Source: the human T2T-CHM13v2.0 reference genome, Homo sapiens. From it: DNA of 64,000 nt. Of this stretch, positions 60,895 to 64,000 are shown piece after piece. Below the pieces are notes generated by a model, which had not been told where the DNA came from, searched no databases, and worked only from the letters and a program-made list of their open reading frames with translations. A program made the position numbers and the translations under genes. The first letter of the stretch is position 1, and every line of letters begins with the position of its first letter. The DNA lies in assembly GCF_009914755.1 (NCBI RefSeq), contig NC_060936.1, one strand, 5' to 3'.

Positions 60895-63800
60895 TTCGCA
60901 GATTCTACAAAAACAGTGCTTCCAAACTGCTGCATCAAAGTAAGGTTTAACTCTGTGAGAATAATGCACACACTACAAAGCAGTTTTTCAGAAATCTTTT
61001 GAGTTTTTTTCTGGAGATATTTTCTTTTTCACCAAAGGAGTCAATGCACTCCCAAATATCCCTCTGCAGATATTACAAAAACAGTCTTTCCAAACTGCTG
61101 AATCAAATGAAAGCATTAACTATGTGAGTTAAATGCACATTCAAAAAGCAGTTTCTCAGAAAGCTTCTTTCTAGTTTTTATCTGACGATATCTTCTTTTT
61201 CACTATACTCCTCAATATGCTCCCTAATATCCCTTCACAGATTCTACAAAAATGTCTTTCCAAACTGCTGAATCAAAAGAAATATTTAAATCTGTGTGAT
61301 GAATTCACACATCGCAAAGCAGTTTCTGAGAAAAATTCTTTCTAGTTTTTATCTGAAGATATTTACGTTTTCACCATAGGCCTCAATGCGCTCCCATATA
61401 TCCTGTCACAGATTCTACAAAAACAGTGTTTCCAAACTGCTGAATCTTAAGAAAGGTTTAACTGAGTTGAATGCACATATCACAAAGCAGTTTCTCAGAA
61501 AGCTTCTTTCTAGTTTTTATCTGAAGACAGTTTCTTTTTCACCATAAGACACAATACGCTCCCAAATATCCCTTCGTAGATTTTATATAAACAGTATTTC
61601 CTAACTGCTGAATCAAAAGGAACATTTAACTCCGTGAGGTGAATGCACACATCACAAAGCAGTTTCTCAGAAATATTCTATTGGTTTTTATCTGAAGGTA
61701 TTTTCATTTTCTCCCTAGACCTGAGAGCGCCCTGAAATATCCCTTCACGGATTCTACAAAAACAGTCTTTGCAAACTGCTGAATGAAAACAAACTTTTAA
61801 TTCTGTGACAGGAATGCACACATCACAAAGCAGTTTCTCAGAAAGCTTCTTTCCAGTTTTTATTTCAAGATATTTTCTTTTTCAACATAGGCCTCAAAGC
61901 ACTCCCAAATATCCCTTTGCAGATTCTACATGAACAGTGTTTCCAAACTGCTGAATCTAATGAAAAGTTTAACTGAGTTGAATGCACACATCACAAAGCA
62001 GTTTCTCAAAAAATTTTCCCTCTAGTTTTCATCTGAAGATGATTTCTTTTTCACTGTAGGCCTCAACGTGCACCAAATATCCCTTCACAGATTATTAAAA
62101 AAACAGTCTTTCCGAACTGCTGAATCAAAAGAAAGGTTTAACTCTGTGAGATGAATACACACACCACAAAGCAGTTTCTCAGAAAGCTTCTTTCTAGTTT
62201 TTATCTGAAGATATATTCTTTTTCACTGTAATCCTCAATGCACTCCCAAATATCCCTTTGCAGATTCTACAAAATCCTTGCTTCCAAACTGCTGAATAAA
62301 AAGAAAGATTTATCTCTGTGAGATGAATCTAGACATCACAAAGCAGTTTTGGAGAATGCTTCTTTTTATTTTTATCTGAAGATATGCTTTAATTCACCAT
62401 AGGCCTCAATGCGCTCCCAAATATCCATCCGCAGTTTCTAGAAAAACAGTGTTTCCAAACTACCGAATAAAAAGAAATGTTTAACTCAATGAGGTGAATG
62501 CATACATGAGAAAGTGTTTTCTCAGATAACATGCTTCTAGTTTTTATCCTGGGATACACATCACAAAGCAGTTTCTCAGAAGCTTTCTTTCTCGTTTTTA
62601 TCTGAAGATATTTTCTGTTTCACCATAGGCCTCAAGGCATTCAGAAATATCCCTTCACAGATTCTACAAAAACAGTGTCCCCAAACTGGTGAATAAAAAG
62701 AAAGGTTGAACTCTGTGAGATGAATGCGTACATCACAAAGCAGGTTCTCAGAGAGCTTCTTTTTCGTTTTTATCTGAAGATATTTTCACTTTCAATATAA
62801 GCCTCAATGCACTCCCAAATATCCCTTTGCAGATTCTACAAAAACAGTTTTTCCAAACTGCTCAATAAAAAGAAAGGCTGAACTCTATGAGATGAATGCA
62901 TACATCACAAAGCAGTTTCTCAGAAAGCTTCTTTCTCATTTTTATCTGAAGCTATTTTCTTTTTCAACGTAGGCCTCAATGTGCTCCAAAACATTCCTTG
63001 TCAGATTCTACAAAATCAGTGTTTCAAACTGCTGAATAAAATGAATGGTTTAACTTCGTGAGATGAATGCAGACATCACAAATCAGTTTCTCAGAAAGTT
63101 TCTTTCTAGTTTTTATATGAAGTTTTTTTTTCACTACAAGCCTCAATGCACTCCCAAATATCCCTATGCAGATTTTACAAAAACAGTGTTTCCAAACTCC
63201 TGAATCAAAAGATAGATTTAACCCTCTGAGAAAAATGCACAGATCACAAATTCATTTCTCAGAAACATTCTTTCTGGTATTTATCTGAAGATACTTTCTT
63301 TTTCACCATAAGTCTCAATTGGCTCAGAATGTCCTTTCACAGATTCTACAAAAACCGTGTTTTCAAACTGCTGAACCAAAAGAAAAGTTAAACTCTATGA
63401 GATGAAAACACACATTCCAAAGCACTTTCTCAGAAAGGTTCTTTCTCCGTCTTATATGAAGATATTTTCTTTTTCACCATTAGCTTCATTGAGCTCCTAA
63501 ATATCCCTTTGAAGATTCTACAAAAATAGAGTTTCAAAACTGCTGAAAAAAAGAAAGGTTTAACTCTGTGAGATGATAGCACAATTAAAAAGCAGTTTCT
63601 CAGAAAGCTTCTTTTTCATTTTTATCTGAAGATATTACCTTTTTCACCCTAGGCCTCAATGCGTTGCCAAATATCCCTTCACAGATTCCACAAAAACAAT
63701 GTTTCCAAACAGCTGCATCAAAAGAAAGGTTTAAGTCTGTGAGATGAATGCACATATTTCCAAGGAATTTTCTCAGAAAGCTTCTTTCTAGTTTTTATCT

Positions 63801-64000
63801 GAAGCTATTTTCTTTCTCACCATAAATCTCAAAGCTCTCCCAAATATCCTTTCACAGATTCTACCAAAAGAATGTTTCCAAATTGCTGAATCAAAAGAAA
63901 GGTTTAACTCAGTGAGATGAAGGCACACACCACAAAGCCCTTTCTCAGAAAGCTTCTTTCCAGTTTTTATCTGAAGATATTTTCTTTTTCACCATATTCT
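60892..64000 (-). repeat. Monomeric (non-HOR), diverged alpha satellite, ~18 monomers of ~171 bp, A-type without CENP-B boxes
   Basis: AT-rich repeat. The CAGATTCTACAAAA landmark (G position) lies at 60901, 61069, 61240, 61411, 61579, 61750, 61922, 62090, 62263, 62434, 62660, 62832, 63004, 63171, 63342, 63514, 63684 and 63857. GAATGCACACATCACAAAGCAGTTTCTCAGAA is the reverse complement of the conventional alphoid strand. The box position reads like TTTTCTTTTTCACCATAGG (A/pJ-alpha type), and I saw no CCCGnnTnnnnCGAA. Confidence 0.97.

Noticed and set aside
7-61002. Hundreds of overlapping six-frame ORFs (up to 588 aa at 4585-6351 and 463 aa at 29297-30688) with recurring peptides such as FSFHNTGASTSPFKPSCRLGLAPVGPR and LKGEVEAPVLWKENTNG
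   Set aside because: These are translations of a GC-rich, stop-poor repeat. They occur in all six frames, shift frame at random indels, flip strand at the inversion, vanish in the AT-rich alpha satellite and resemble no protein family I recognise.
60892-64000. Active centromere / HOR alpha satellite / CENP-B boxes
   Set aside because: I saw no CENP-B box and no higher-order period, and the monomers are heterogeneous.

Overview
This window is primate (human-like) pericentromeric satellite DNA. I can support no protein-coding or RNA gene in it. Bases 1 to ~60894 form one uninterrupted, diverged, GC-rich tandem array of a ~188-bp monomer (roughly 320 copies by length). It is most like gamma satellite (GSAT/GSATII/GSATX family), although shorter than the canonical ~216-220 bp unit. 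The array is layered: subtype A (1 to ~5935), subtype B (~5936-10300), subtype C (~10301-42657), then subtype C in the opposite orientation (42658 to ~60894) after a sharp strand switch. That switch falls at the axis of an 18-bp palindrome found in B/C-type monomers. The array joins directly onto ~18 monomers of diverged, CENP-B-box-less monomeric alpha satellite (~60892-64000). The hundreds of supplied ORFs are translations of the repeat. I find no evidence for a new gene system. The items most worth following up are structural or regulatory: the 188-bp unit, the subtype layering with a CpG gradient, the inversion breakpoint, degenerate higher-order and dimer duplications, and the arrayed NRF1- and CTCF-like motifs. 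All periods and coordinates were counted by eye and may be off by a few bases.
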